Source: Hyphochytrium catenoides
Taxonomy: Eukaryota > Protista > Hyphochytriomycota
Direction: 5' to 3'
Assembly: GCA_900088475.1 (NCBI GenBank)
Contig: FLMG01004535.1
Coordinates: forward strand, 103,568-167,567
DNA length: 64,000 bases
Part shown: positions 1 to 12,530 of the stretch, in pieces
Layout of the letters: every line of letters starts with the position of its first letter
How positions within the stretch are numbered: position 1 is the stretch's first letter
Program-made: the position numbers and the translations under genes
Notes under the pieces: model-generated
Databases searched by the model: none
What the model saw: the letters and a program-made list of their open reading frames with translations, nothing else
Told to the model about the DNA's origin: nothing

Positions 1-771
1 CGAGAGAAAGCACGCTGGTAATGATCATCTGTCTTCTGTCAGTGCTGCGGAGTGTTAAGACAGACCAGAGTGGTAAGGAGCTGAACTAGACGCAGGTAGT
101 AGAAAGACCTCCTTTCACACAGCTTAACCGTGAAGAGCCACCTAACCCCTTCATCTTCGCAGTGATTCTCTCATTTTGCTCTGGCTCATCCAGAAAGGAA
201 CTCTCTACTACGACACAATCAACAAGACCAACGACGAAAGTGCTGCGCAAGAAGAGGCCAAACGCCGCCTGATGGACTCTTCAGTCTCCTGCTAGGTGTG
301 GCCGACGTCTGCAGAGCTGATGCGCAGCACGAGAGCTCAAAATGAAGCGATTAAAGCTCTGTTGCCGCTTGCCTACCAGATCACCTTGCTCTCGTCCTTC
401 CCAGATGACAGACAGAGATCAAAGTCTTCACCATAAAGGCCCAGAAATAATCCTCAAAATGTTGGCTCAGATCTCTGTTTCGATTCCCTTCTCTGGATCA
501 TCATCGGCCCGTCACGACAGTTCCTTGTACAAGTACAGTCACAGACAGATGTACGTACGCACACCGTACTGTTGTACTGATGAACAGCTGTAGGGCTCGG
601 TGATTACTGCTACTGTACCTGCTCTGGTTTGAAGACAGATTTATCACGTTGTTGTTCGCAGCGGTAGTTTGTGCGTTCATAGTACAAGATAGCCGTTTGC
701 GGTTAGGATGGACATTGATTCTGGGGATAAAAGATGTGTTCGCAGATCAGAAGCAGTTTACAGTACCTCTT

Positions 772-872
<101 letters not shown>

Positions 873-1426
873 TCTTCTCCTCTCTCTCTTTGTTTCTCTC
901 TCTGTCTCACTGTTCTCTCTCTCCCTCCTCTCTCCTCATTTCTCTCTCCCTTCTCTCTCTCTCTCCCTCTCTCTCCATCTCTCTTGCTCATCTTTCCTTC
1001 TCTATCTCCCTCGTTCGTCTTCATGTCATTTTTCTCCCGTCGTCTTTATTTCCTCTTTCCTCACGAAACGAACAGGTCCGTGGCTGTGCAAAAGGCTAAT
1101 CTTTCAGCTCACCCTGCGGCCCGTGTGCACAAGAAATTCTCTTCCCGCCTTACGTCACCGCGCACCTGTTGGCAATCTTTTCTCCGTCCCCGAAGCTTCA
1201 GGCACTGATCCGCAAGAGAAGCGAGGACCCTGGGGATGCTAAGGCACACAGCTCCAGCTGCAGCTCCGCCCCAGCGCCCGGGCGGCCAATTAGCGGTCAG
1301 AGCGGAGATACAGAAGCTCCTGCTACTGCAGACAGGAGAGGCACCACCTACGTCCCTTTGAGACCCCAAAAAAGAAAAAGAGAGAGAGAGAGACAGACAG
1401 AGAAGTCAGCATAGGTATAGGACCCG

Positions 1427-2243
1427 ATGGGCTTGGCAGCAGGCCCAAAGAGTGCCTTTCACTCTGTTTGGAAGCAAGGTCCGTCCCAAGCGAGAGGTAG
1501 TGTTCCTTCATAGACTTACAGACCGCTCCATCCTCTCCTCGTCTCTCTCTGGCATGCACTGTGTCCGCAGCCCCCGCGTCTCTTCAGGCCAGAATCTTCA
1601 ATCGTCAGGTCGCGCCTCAGATTCGGTGGTGGCTGCGCTTCCTTTCGAATTATGAGGATGATCCTCACGGCTTCAATAGAAATAGGACCTTGATGCACGC
1701 CTCGTCCAAGCAGATGGGCCTGCTGCAGATCGCCTATGCGCGGTAGATCCCCATTTCTCTTTTACATTCTCTCTCTCTCTCTCACACACATTTTCTCTCT
1801 CTTTCTTACATTCTCTCCCTCCCTCTCTGCCTGTCTCTTCCTCTTCCGGGTTGCCTTAGACGTCAAGTTGCACTCCTCTTCCTTCACGCCGTCATCTCCA
1901 CGCGTCCTTTTTCCCTCTCTCTCTCTCTTCTTTCTCTTCCTCTTGCCTAACTCGACCCTGACCCTTTGTCTTTATTATCTTTGCCAACCTTACCTGCCTC
2001 GCACGCTGCTCTTGCCTTGCACGCGGCTTAGGCGCATGGGCAAGGTGCAGGTGTCAGAGTTCATGGCTCCCTCAGGAGGTGACACTCCCCTGCGCATGCA
2101 AAAGATCGAGCCTAGAGACAAGGACCCTGCCGAAGAGCGCTCAATATTCTACATCCATGGTAACACCTGGCAGTGCCCTGTCTGCCAAATATACTGTCGT
2201 CGCCGACTACTTCCCGCAGTATGCCTCTCCTTCGTCTTGGGTG

Positions 2244-2276
<33 letters not shown>

Positions 2277-3326
2277 ACTCTCTCTCTGTCTCTCTCTTTT
2301 TTTGCTCTTTTCCTTGTTATTTTTCATTAATATGCACGGATCTCGCTCTTCTTACGTCCTCTATGTGGGGTCTAATGCTTGCCTCGCCTCTATTTCTTTC
2401 TATCTGCATCTTTCTCTTCTCTCTCCTGCTTTTTCAGGCGGTGGATTTGTGATTGGGAGCCTGTACACTCACTTACCCATCACTCTGACCTTGGCGGAGC
2501 TATCGGGGGCGACAGTGTACAGCCTGGACTATCGATTGGCGCCAGAGTACCGCCACCCAGCTCCGATAGAGGACGTTAGAACGGCGTACGAGTGGCTGCT
2601 GGAGGAGAAGATGATGCTTCCGGGTAAAGATCGTGCCCCATGCGATCTACCTTCTCTCTCTCTCTCCCTCCACCAAAATCCATCTCTTTCTCTTTTTTTC
2701 AGCCGGCTTCCACAGTTCTTAATCATCTCGTGGTCTTGCTTCTTTGAGGTTCTTTGTTTCAAACGTTTATGGCTGAAGATTGCGACTTATGTCCACGTTT
2801 CTCTTGCGCAGGCTCATTCGCCCTTGCAGGCGAGTCAGCTGGTGGAAATCTCGTGGTCAATGCTGTCGTGCGCGCGCTGGAGGAGAGACTTCCACTTCCT
2901 GAGGCCGTCGTGTGTTTCTCTCCATGGCTTGACCTTACAATGTCAGGCGACTCTGCCAAGACTAACGCAGCGACAGACCCGATGATCCCCATTGAAGCCA
3001 CACACATAGCAGCTCGACTCTATGCAGAAGGAGAAGAAGAAAGGGCCGACCCCTCAGTCTCTCCTATATTTCTCAAGCCAGACAAACTGAAGGGCTTTCC
3101 TCCCACCATGTTCCAAGTGGGATCGACAGAGATTCTCGTGGACGACTCCCGCCGTATGGCGACTCTGCTGAAGGAGGCTGGCGCTCTTGTGGACCTTCAG
3201 GTGTGGCAGCAGGTCTGCCATGCGTGGCAGATCTTCCATCCCTGGGTGCCCGAAGCCACAGCATCTCTCAAGGAGGCAGCAAGCTTTATCCGGCGTTACA
3301 CGGGAGGAGAAGAGGATGATTACTGA
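1427..3326 (+). CDS. Alpha/beta hydrolase, hormone-sensitive lipase (Abhydrolase_3) family esterase, about 5 exons
   Basis: Joining exons at GT-AG sites gives FYIHG|GGF (oxyanion HGGG motif), DYRLAPEYRHPAPIED, GESAGGNL (nucleophile Ser), FSPWLDL, VGSTEILVDDS and HAWQ. The start ATG at 1427 is tentative; the stop is at 3326. Confidence 0.9.
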
Positions 3327-6300
3327 GGACACCAAAGACATGCCAGTGAAGGGAAAATGGGAGAAGGTTTCTATTCTTGATCATTAGAGCTCATTAGGAG
3401 GCCACCGCGTGGTAGTGCTGACGAAGATCGAGGAGAGGGAGACCGTAAACTGCTATCATACTGTGACTTCCCACAGACCGCTGCGAGACCTTCAACAAGC
3501 CCAAGGAAGGAGTAGATCCCGGACGATGACGAACTTCTTGGCAACTGTACTATTGCCCTCCTCCTTCTTCCCTCTTCTTTGGGCTTAGCAACATTCTCTC
3601 TCTCTCTCGTTTCATCTCTCACTCTCTCTCTACACCGCGCTCTTCTTAATACTCTCCAGATCCGTACTCAGGGTAGCTACTGATGCAGGCTTTTCTCCCT
3701 AGTAGTCTGCAGAAATGAGACGAATGCATAGTAGTACGAGGGTCTAGCTACTCTGTAAGGAGCACTTGTTCTTTGTAGATCTTTCCTAATAGATTAAGAG
3801 GAACAAACAGCAATCAGCAATGGAGTCTCAGTCTAACTCCAATGCGCTCGAGAGTGAAGGCGGCGCCGCGGTACAAAGAGAAGGGACATGGCAGAGAAAA
3901 CAAAGGCTGTTGAAGAGGATGAAAGAAGAGGGCAGCAGAAGTGTGATGATCAAGGCGAATAGACCATTGCTCCTACTAAGGAGTAGCATTTTCGACAAGC
4001 GGCGGAGAGAAATGATATGCAAAGATATCTCTGCAAAGATATCTCTCCTTCCTTCCCCACTAAAAAATATGGCTCCGTCACAAGTTTTTGGATGGAGCCT
4101 TCCCTCCATGTGGAGTCTTCTCCTTCCTGGAGGAGGAACTTCATACAACGATTAGCTTGTTCCACTTCTTCTCTCTGCCTCTGTTCTTGCTTCCAGTGCC
4201 AGCGGTGATGATTAGGTGCAGGAGGCATTGCCCGCCAGAATGGAAGAGAGGTCTGACCACCCCTCCTCCGCACTGCCTAGCAGCTTCCTCTTCTCATCGA
4301 CGCCTAGATCTAATCTTGTCCAATCTAGTTCTACTGGCTCTTCATAGACAACCAAAAGGTTCACAAGGAAGAGAGGATCCTATTCCTCTTCAACCTTCCG
4401 CCGTGCTCCTGTCTCATCCTTGTGGAATGGCTACAAGCTATCAGCAACGTGATCAAGAGAGGAGCGAATGTGATGTTTGAGTGCTAGTCTTAGACCTCTC
4501 AAAAGTAAGTTCGTTCAGAGCAAGTGTTCAGACAAACAGGGAGAAGATGCAGAGGAGGAAGAAGGAGGAGAGAGAACGAGACAGTGCGGTGAGGCAACGG
4601 GTGATGAAGAGGACAGTGACAGGCAGGAAAAAAAGCCCGGCACAACGACTCTGGACTCTATAATCCAGGATAATGTTTCTATACATATTGAGAACGAAAG
4701 ATCCAGCTTCTACTTTCTCTGGACACTACGAATGTATGTGGAAGAGTCACAATGGAGTTGTCCAAAAGTTGGGGAAGTACAGCGCTACTAGCACGTGCGA
4801 CAAGAAGGCTTGTTCCAGGTGATCTCAAGAGCAGTACCTGAGCTGGCCTGGTTGACTAGGGAAAGAGAATCTAGAGAGAGGAGCGCCACATCCTTCTCGA
4901 AAAGACTTAACCTGATCATAGAGTTCCCATGCCGTACTCGTTGATCTCCTCGTCCTTTCACCTGACAATGGAACAAGGAAAGACACGTGGGGTCACTTCT
5001 GATACAATCTTCTCTCCCCTGTTCTCGCACATTCTCTGTTCTTTCTTCTCTTCCTTCGTGATCTTCTCTCTCTCTCCAAGTGCCATGATGACCACAGCCT
5101 CCTCCTCCTCCATGTGCTGCTGACCCTACAGCAGCTGGGCGTACCGTACAGCTCAGCTCTCCGAGAGACCCGCCCAGAACTTTTGGACCGACCAACAGCG
5201 CCTCATGAAGAGGAGACATCACCAGCAGTAAAGTGCCTGCCTGCCGGCCAAAGAAAGACGACGCTCTTCCCAAGAAAAATGCGAGCAAAAGATTAGAAAA
5301 GCAGCATGTTGTCTGGGCACAACGGGCAACGAAGAAGACGGAGGAGGAAGAGGAGGAGGAGGAGGAAGAAGAGGACGGGTCCGTGGATAAGTCCTGTAAT
5401 TACTTGTACATCGTACTTATACTTGGTAAGGTCTTTCCACGCTTTCTAAAGTCCGAGGAATTGTATAATGTAAAACGGTAGTGCACCCTCCTCTTCCGTT
5501 TTACCAATTGTAAGTATTTTCTACGCGCCAAGTGGTACTTACTTAACTCTTGCAATTGCAGGCCGGTGGATCCCTGGTGGTGAGAAAGGGCAAGAGTATA
5601 TAAAGCGAGCACTTCCAGTACGAAGAGCAGAAGGTACTTGGAGCTTTATAGACGTCCTGTCCTCAGGTATCATCATCCCTTTCTAATGACCTGTGATAAT
5701 AACCTGCAGGCCACTACGGGGCAGTAGTAGGAACACAACAGGAGCGACATCAGCAGCAGCAGTAGCAATGGCAGTAGGAGCAGCAAGGAGGAGCAGCGCA
5801 GCAGGAGCATCCTGGTCAATCCGTAGAACTACTAGCTTTCGTCGTAGAACTACACCGTATCAGAGTTGGTAAGGATATAGCACTACCGCCCTCATCACCA
5901 GAGAAAAGCGGACCCAAATGAAGACAAAGACTCCATTTCTAGAGTTTATCAGAGGCACTACGTTCATTTTTATATCTAAACAGCTTGTCGAACACCTTTG
6001 TACGAGCTAGCAGCCGACCCACCTTCAAGGAATGAGTTGTGTGCCTCTCGCGCCGTGAAAAATATCTTCGACCCTTTCTCAACGCTGGCTCTGTTTCTGT
6101 CTCCTTCACCACTCCCTGACAATATCTGTTATTTGACACTGACTCTTGGCTTTTAGAACCACCTAGGAAGCGATAAAAAGGGAACATGAAGAAGGAAGAG
6201 CTGCGGACGACACGAACAGAGATCAGCGCCATTGGCACGAGCCACTTTGCAATGCTGTAGTTCTAGTTCCATCCTGAGTATATGAGAGCTACCTCCAAAC

Positions 6301-8437
6301 GTCCTCTAAGATCATCAGCTAGTGGGAAACATCTTATAAAGAAAAGGGAGCCTCAGTTGATGACCAGTGAGACAGGCCGTTGGATGTTGTGAACCTGACC
6401 CCTAGTGTCCGTCACACTACCCTCAATGTTTGGTCTTATGTAGTCGCAATTAGATGGTTGATGAAAACACCACTGACACCTCGGCACATCAGTCATAGCA
6501 TCCATCTCGTCTTGGTTTTGTCTAAGTGGCTCTGTGATGAAGTTCTGACCTTTCTTCCCCCTTTGCTAACACTCCACCAAGTCCTGACATCCAGCTCTGC
6601 TAAACGACAGGGGCACACTGGACGGTTCTTGGCGGACCACCAGCCTCGAGTCACTCAGACTCTCAGGTGACTCTACTACTACTACCGGCTCACTGACTTA
6701 TAACCCTACTTCTGGAGTTGTTTGTCAGAGAAAAAGGGATCTCCTCTTTGTCCGTGCGTTGTTCGACTGACTCGGTCTCTCGTCACTCTCTCTTTCTATC
6801 ATTTCTGTCGCGTGAAAGTTTGGATACTCAGGTCGCGCGAAGGTACTTCCTCCCGCCTCTCTCCCACAGCACTGTGGGCCGAGTTCTAGTCAGACGCGCT
6901 AGTGCCTCAACCACTACTGAAAGATTCAGAAACGTTGCTTAGTTTCAATCTTTCCGGTTACTACAGCCAGGATGAAGAAGAATTAAATATTTCACCTCCT
7001 TTGTTTCATTTCCGAAAGAGCAAAACAGTTGCTGAGGCCACGACCCACTCCTGGAGTAGAACACAACGTCCTCTCCTCTCCTCTCTCTCTCTCTCTCTNN
7101 NNNNNNNNNNNNNNNNNNNNNNTCTCTCTCTCTCTCTCTCTCTTTTCTCCTTCTCACCCACTAAATCTCTCTCTGTCTCTCTCTCTCTTTTTCTCTTTCC
7201 CTGTCTCCCTCTCGCTCTGTCACTCTCTCTATCCTTTTCTCTCTCTCGGTGTGTGTGTCTCTCTCTCTCTACTCTGAGTCTCTCTCTCTGCCTCTAATAT
7301 ATCTGCCTCTAGCTTCTCCCGCTCTCTTACTCGTTCCTTTTTATTTATAATCTTTCTCCTTTCGGTTGAGAGAACCAGTAGAACTAGTGAGTGACCTGGA
7401 GTACTGCTAATACTACTCAGTCGAGTCAGACCCTAAGACAGAAAGGTGGGAGGTCTAAGATGCTTCTCTCTTCTCATGGGCTCAATGGGCTGAGTGCAGC
7501 CGTCACCTCAATGGAGAGGAAGGGAAGCTGGGCCGAAGAGGTACGAGGTACGAGGAGAGCAGCTTTGGCTGGGGCCAGAAGAGGGATAGATGGATGCTTC
7601 TATGTTGTTGGCAGGTGCAAATAGAATAGAGATGCGGCTGCTGTTCATGCAGGAGCAAGAAGGGCAAAGAGCAGAGAACAGGGAGAGAAGCCAGAACGGG
7701 AAGAGGGAAGTCGAGACAATTTTTTGTCGTGGACTGGGAGGGGAAGCACCCAAGGTGCTCCTCAAAGTCGTAGCTCATCAGCCTGAGCAAGGGGAAGAAA
7801 GAGAGAGCAGCTATGAGAAGGGACAGGATCCATCTGACCAGTTCATGGTCAGAAAAAATATTCTCCAGGGTTGGGTTCCCCCCTGCTCTCTCCTGCCCTG
7901 CTCTCTCTCCCTCTCTGTCTCTCTCTCTCTCTCTTCTCTCCTCCTCCTCTCTTCCTCCTCTCTCTCTCTAACTTGGCTCGTACTGCGATGCTACGAGTCA
8001 GTGTATGTCTCTTGGGCCTTGTGTCTGAGTCTTTTTAAGGCGAAAGGCCAACAAAGGGCCTCGTCCTACTTCTACTGTGTGCCACTCTTTTCCCCTCTTT
8101 CCTCTCTGCTTTCTTGTCTCGTTGAACCTCCTAGTGAGAGAGAACAAGGAGCTATAGAAAGAGAAGAGAGAAAGAAGGGGAGCACTTTTTTCCATTTATT
8201 TAAAGGCTTCTTCGTCTCATCATCTTGGCCGTCCGGCACTTCTCTTTCATTCCTCTTTTGAACCTGCAGCGCGCAAGAACTGGCGCGGACACACTCTCCG
8301 CCCATAACTCTTTGTCTGTCTATCTAGACGCGCTCCCAATTTCTCAGTCGCGCCCCACACCGACTGATAAACCCCCTCTCTCCCTACATTCGCCCAGCAA
8401 AAGTTCTCTCTCTTCTTTTCTCTTTTTCTCTCGCGCC

Positions 8438-9838
8438 ATGTCCGCTACCATCATGAGCAGCTACCCTGAGGGCAGCAACGGCCACCAGCACGTCTCTTCC
8501 CTGTCATCACAGCCGCAGATGCAGGGCTATCAGTACCCTTCTTCTTCTCATACCTACAGCCAGCACTCTCAAGGCGGTAGTCACCACTTCCACCACCTCC
8601 CGTCTGCTTCTTCCTCTTTCTCGTCCTCCTCCCACTCCCATCCCCACATGCAGAGAGGAGGTTATTACACCGAGCAATCAGAAGACTGGGCGCTTGTTGA
8701 CTTTCTCCTCGCGGCGCCTGTAGAAGACAGGACCAACGGCGGTGGTTCTCCCAATGGAGACTCTACGGGCTCCCCACATGGCTACACGTCTCACCTTGGG
8801 AACTATGAGGATGAGAAGCAGGTCCAGCATGAGACTCAAGTCGTGACCTTGGCGCCTTTTGACATTGACTTTTCTAGCCTTCGCCCTTTCTTAAACCCTA
8901 AGCACCTGGACTATCCTTCCTCTCATGGCGGCGCTGTCTCTGGAGGAATGTATGAACATATTAACCAACAGAATGGCTACTCTTCCTCTTTGTCAGCTCA
9001 TCCTGTTGCCCAGCATAGCTATGGTCCTTCTTCGCAGCCTCACACGCACAACCCGCAGGCGCATCCTCCCTCTCTCATCAGCTACCATACGAATGTCTCT
9101 ACACCCGCCGGCATCTCTCCCCAGGACTCGGTGGCGGCTGCCTACGTTGCCAAGATGTCCCCTATGGTTTCGGCCCTTGAGGGAGTAGTGAACATGGTTC
9201 GCATTGGCCAGCACAAAGAGAAGGTTTGCTCAGTCCAAAACTGCGGCAAGCTTGCTCGTTCGCGAGGTCTCTGCATGAGACATGGTGGCGGAAGGCGGTG
9301 TGAGGTTGAAGGCTGCCAGAAAGGCTCTCAGAGTGGAGGCCGATGCATAGCTCATGGTGGCGGCAAGCGATGCCGCACTGCTGGTTGCCTCAACGCCCAG
9401 CAGTCTGACGGTCTCTGCATAGCCCATGGCGGAGGCAAGCGCTGCGTGGTCCCTGGCTGCACCAAGAGTAGTCAGAGGAGAGGGTTCTGCCATGTCCACG
9501 GCGGCGGACAAAGCTGCACGGTGGCTAACTGCTCCAAAGGTGCTCAGCGCAACGGTCTCTGCGTGGAACACGGCGGAAGGCGCTATTGCAAATTTGAGAA
9601 GTGCCAGAAGACGGCACGAGGCGGGGGTTTCTGCATCGCCCACGGCGGAGACACGCGATGCAAGGCTCCAGAGTGCAACAAAATCGCCAAAGAAGACGGT
9701 CTCTGCACTCTTCACCTTTTCTCTCCCAGCAATGACTCGAAGAGGGCGGCAGGGGCTAAGGCTTCTTCTACTGCCAAGACGTCCAGCAGCGTGTCCACGC
9801 CGGAGAAGAAGGAGAGCCACCCATCTTCCAAATGCTAG
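8438..9838 (+). CDS. WRKY19-like zinc-finger repeat protein (7 tandem C-x4-C-x9-C-x2-H-GG repeats), putative transcription regulator
   Basis: Single-exon ORF with a Ser/His/Gln-rich low-complexity N-half followed by seven 24-aa repeats such as RRCEVEGCQKGSQSGGRCIAHGGG. The first ATG after the pyrimidine tract is at 8438. No WRKYGQK motif is present. Confidence 0.85.
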   Translation: MSATIMSSYPEGSNGHQHVSSLSSQPQMQGYQYPSSSHTYSQHSQGGSHHFHHLPSASSSFSSSSHSHPHMQRGGYYTEQSEDWALVDFLLAAPVEDRTNGGGSPNGDSTGSPHGYTSHLGNYEDEKQVQHETQVVTLAPFDIDFSSLRPFLNPKHLDYPSSHGGAVSGGMYEHINQQNGYSSSLSAHPVAQHSYGPSSQPHTHNPQAHPPSLISYHTNVSTPAGISPQDSVAAAYVAKMSPMVSALEGVVNMVRIGQHKEKVCSVQNCGKLARSRGLCMRHGGGRRCEVEGCQKGSQSGGRCIAHGGGKRCRTAGCLNAQQSDGLCIAHGGGKRCVVPGCTKSSQRRGFCHVHGGGQSCTVANCSKGAQRNGLCVEHGGRRYCKFEKCQKTARGGGFCIAHGGDTRCKAPECNKIAKEDGLCTLHLFSPSNDSKRAAGAKASSTAKTSSSVSTPEKKESHPSSKC

Positions 9839-12530
9839 CTGTCCACCGTCCCATCCTTTTTAAGTTATTCTCCCTCCTTTCCCATCCTCATCCTCCTTTC
9901 ATGAATCTATCGCGCCCCTGTACTTACTTTTATATCGAAGAGTCGGCACTGTCTCTCTCTCTCTCTCCTGTTGACATGATGAGGGAAGTAAGGGCGAACT
10001 TAGAGTGAGAAAGAGAGAGAAGAGAATTAAGAATGCGGACAAGTACTAGCCGCTTCTTCTCCTCCTTTCCCTTCTTCTCTCCTCTCCTGCATGCCACATC
10101 TCACTTTTATGGTCGTTTTTCCCCTGTCTGCGCAAGGTTATGTCATTTCTATTATTAAGTTATAAAGGCAACACCTTCAATGCTCAGTAGCAACGTCATT
10201 TCGCTGGTTTAGCGCCTTCGCTTGTTTTTTAGAGCTTGTAGCCTTCATTTCTCTATATACGGCGCTCTGAGAGATGGCCCTCTGCTGCTGAAGGGCTGGT
10301 TCAACATCGGTGAGGGTATATTAAGGCGGCTAAAGTATGCTATTCATGCTCAAAACGACGGCAAGCGGGGCTGAAGAAGACGAAGCCCGACTTTGAGAGC
10401 GGTCAACTCCTCCTCGGTAGGGATAGTGCATGAGTAAGGTGACCCCTACCGCGGCAACGTGTGGGTAAGAGAACAGACGGCAGCGGACAAAGATACAACG
10501 AGAAAAGGAAACAGCAGAAGAGTTCCTGCGTCCAAAGGCATCCCTCTTTCTCCCACACCAAGCATTGAATCCCCTCTGTCCCACATGCAGCTTTCAGAGC
10601 CAGACACACCGATCCTTCCACGCAGCACCAACAGCACGTGACACGATCTATTCTTTATGGCACTCGTCCTCGGCTCGCGAGAACTTTTCATTACATCTAC
10701 CGTCACCCATCATTCAGGTTGTATCAATGTCCTTCTTCTCATCAGATGCGAACGGCTACGTTGTCTTCCTTCCTCGTATAAGAGGTAGCAAAGTGGAAAC
10801 CAGCTCGCTGCTTCACTTTTCTACAGAGACATGACCGGTGAGGAAGAGGACGATCGAAATGGTCTGCCAATGGATCTTCAGATCCAGACGAAGATTATTG
10901 GATTCTCAGAGCTGCATCAGAAGATGGCCAGTGACGAAGATTGTTGAGAGGATCTGAGAATAGGAGCTTCAGGACCGAAATTATCTATAGAGTTCTAGGG
11001 GTTTGGCAGTCGATAAAGTAGGGTACTGATATAAAGGATGTTTGGTTTTTCCCTGTATACTAAGCTCTCTATCCTCGGGCGTACCACTAATATCGGCATG
11101 ATGCGGTAGCGAGGCTGTTCCACTGTCGAGAGGGTCTGCCTGTCTCATCACACCGTTTATCTTCTGAAAGGGTGGTTCTATTCGAGAACAACAGGAAGCA
11201 AGTGGCAATGGTAATAAAGCGAGACCGGTAATAGAGCACGAGCGACGAGACAGAGCGTTGAAAGGCCACCGCAAACGCATGTTAACAATCTCTAAGAGAT
11301 ATAACCCATGACTGAGGACACAAGAAATGCTACATTTTCATTTGCATCCATTTGACTAACCCCATGATGTACACATTAGGGATTCAGGATTTTCGATTCG
11401 GAATAACTAGTAGTGGTCGGCATAACCCAAAGGGACGGAAAAGTCCGGTCTATGGTCATATCCTATGTCGTACCTTACAACAAGGAGGCCTAGGGCGGCG
11501 AAGGATAAGTTATAGACTGAACTCGTTGGACTCTGATCGGAATAGGATCAAGGTCGATTGTGGGCAGTGAACTAACACACTACACAACTACACCGAACCC
11601 TACCCAACTCTCCTCGCATCCCAAAATGCGACAAAACAAAGGCTAACTATAGACTCTTGTCTTTGGCTCTGACATCTTATAAGCTATCGGTACAATAAAA
11701 GTACCTATAGGACAAGGACAATAAAATCTTGCGACTATATCAAGCCACCTTTGCCTTACCCTGTCCTGCTCTGCCCTGCCCTTGGTGGGTCTGGCTTCTT
11801 TCCACGAAAAGAGGGTCACCCTGTTCTCCTCTCTTTCTCCCTCTCTCTTTCTTTCTCTCTCTCTCTCTTTCTCTCCCTTTCTCCCTCTCTCTATCTCTCT
11901 CCTTCTCTCTCTTTCTCCCTTTCTTCCCTCCCTCTCTCTCTCTCTCCCTTTCTCTCTCCTCTCCCTCTCCTTTTCTCGCCCACTCTCTCTCTCTGTCCCG
12001 AGAGAAGACCACATCATCAAGCCCTTTCTCTCTCTCTCTCTCTCTCTCTTATCTCTCTTCACCGGCTCTCTCTCTCTCTCTCTTGTACCAACCTCCCTCT
12101 CGTTCATCACACGCTAGAGAAACCTTGTCGCTCACCTTTCCTGCCCGTGCAGTGAGAATATTGTTAGTGGCACTTTTAACCCGGCAACACCAGGCAAGCG
12201 CGCCGTACCTCGCGGCATTCTCAAGCCGTGCCTATAGACGGCTCTAAGTTGCGCCGCAGAAGCTCTCAGACGAAGCTTCAGATACTGACAACTCACGTCT
12301 CCAATCCTCCTGCAAAAGCAGCTAGCTAGCTGTCCACATATTCCGACCCTGTTCGTTAGAGGTCAACGTCTTTTTCTCTCTCTCTCTCCTTTGGCTTCTC
12401 CGATAGGTGTCATGGCGATTGGCGCGGCATGATCTCTAGCTCGTAGTAACAAGCTGCAGACCAGGAGGCTTCCAGTAGAGCCTCTTGATTGGCAGTAGAC
12501 AGCATGGCGACGTTAGAAAGAAGACCAGCC

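Noticed and set aside
3371-8300. Short ORFs between the hydrolase and the zinc-finger gene
   Set aside because: No recognisable motif and no phase-consistent exon chain could be built. A small or decayed gene near 5.1-5.4 kb cannot be excluded.
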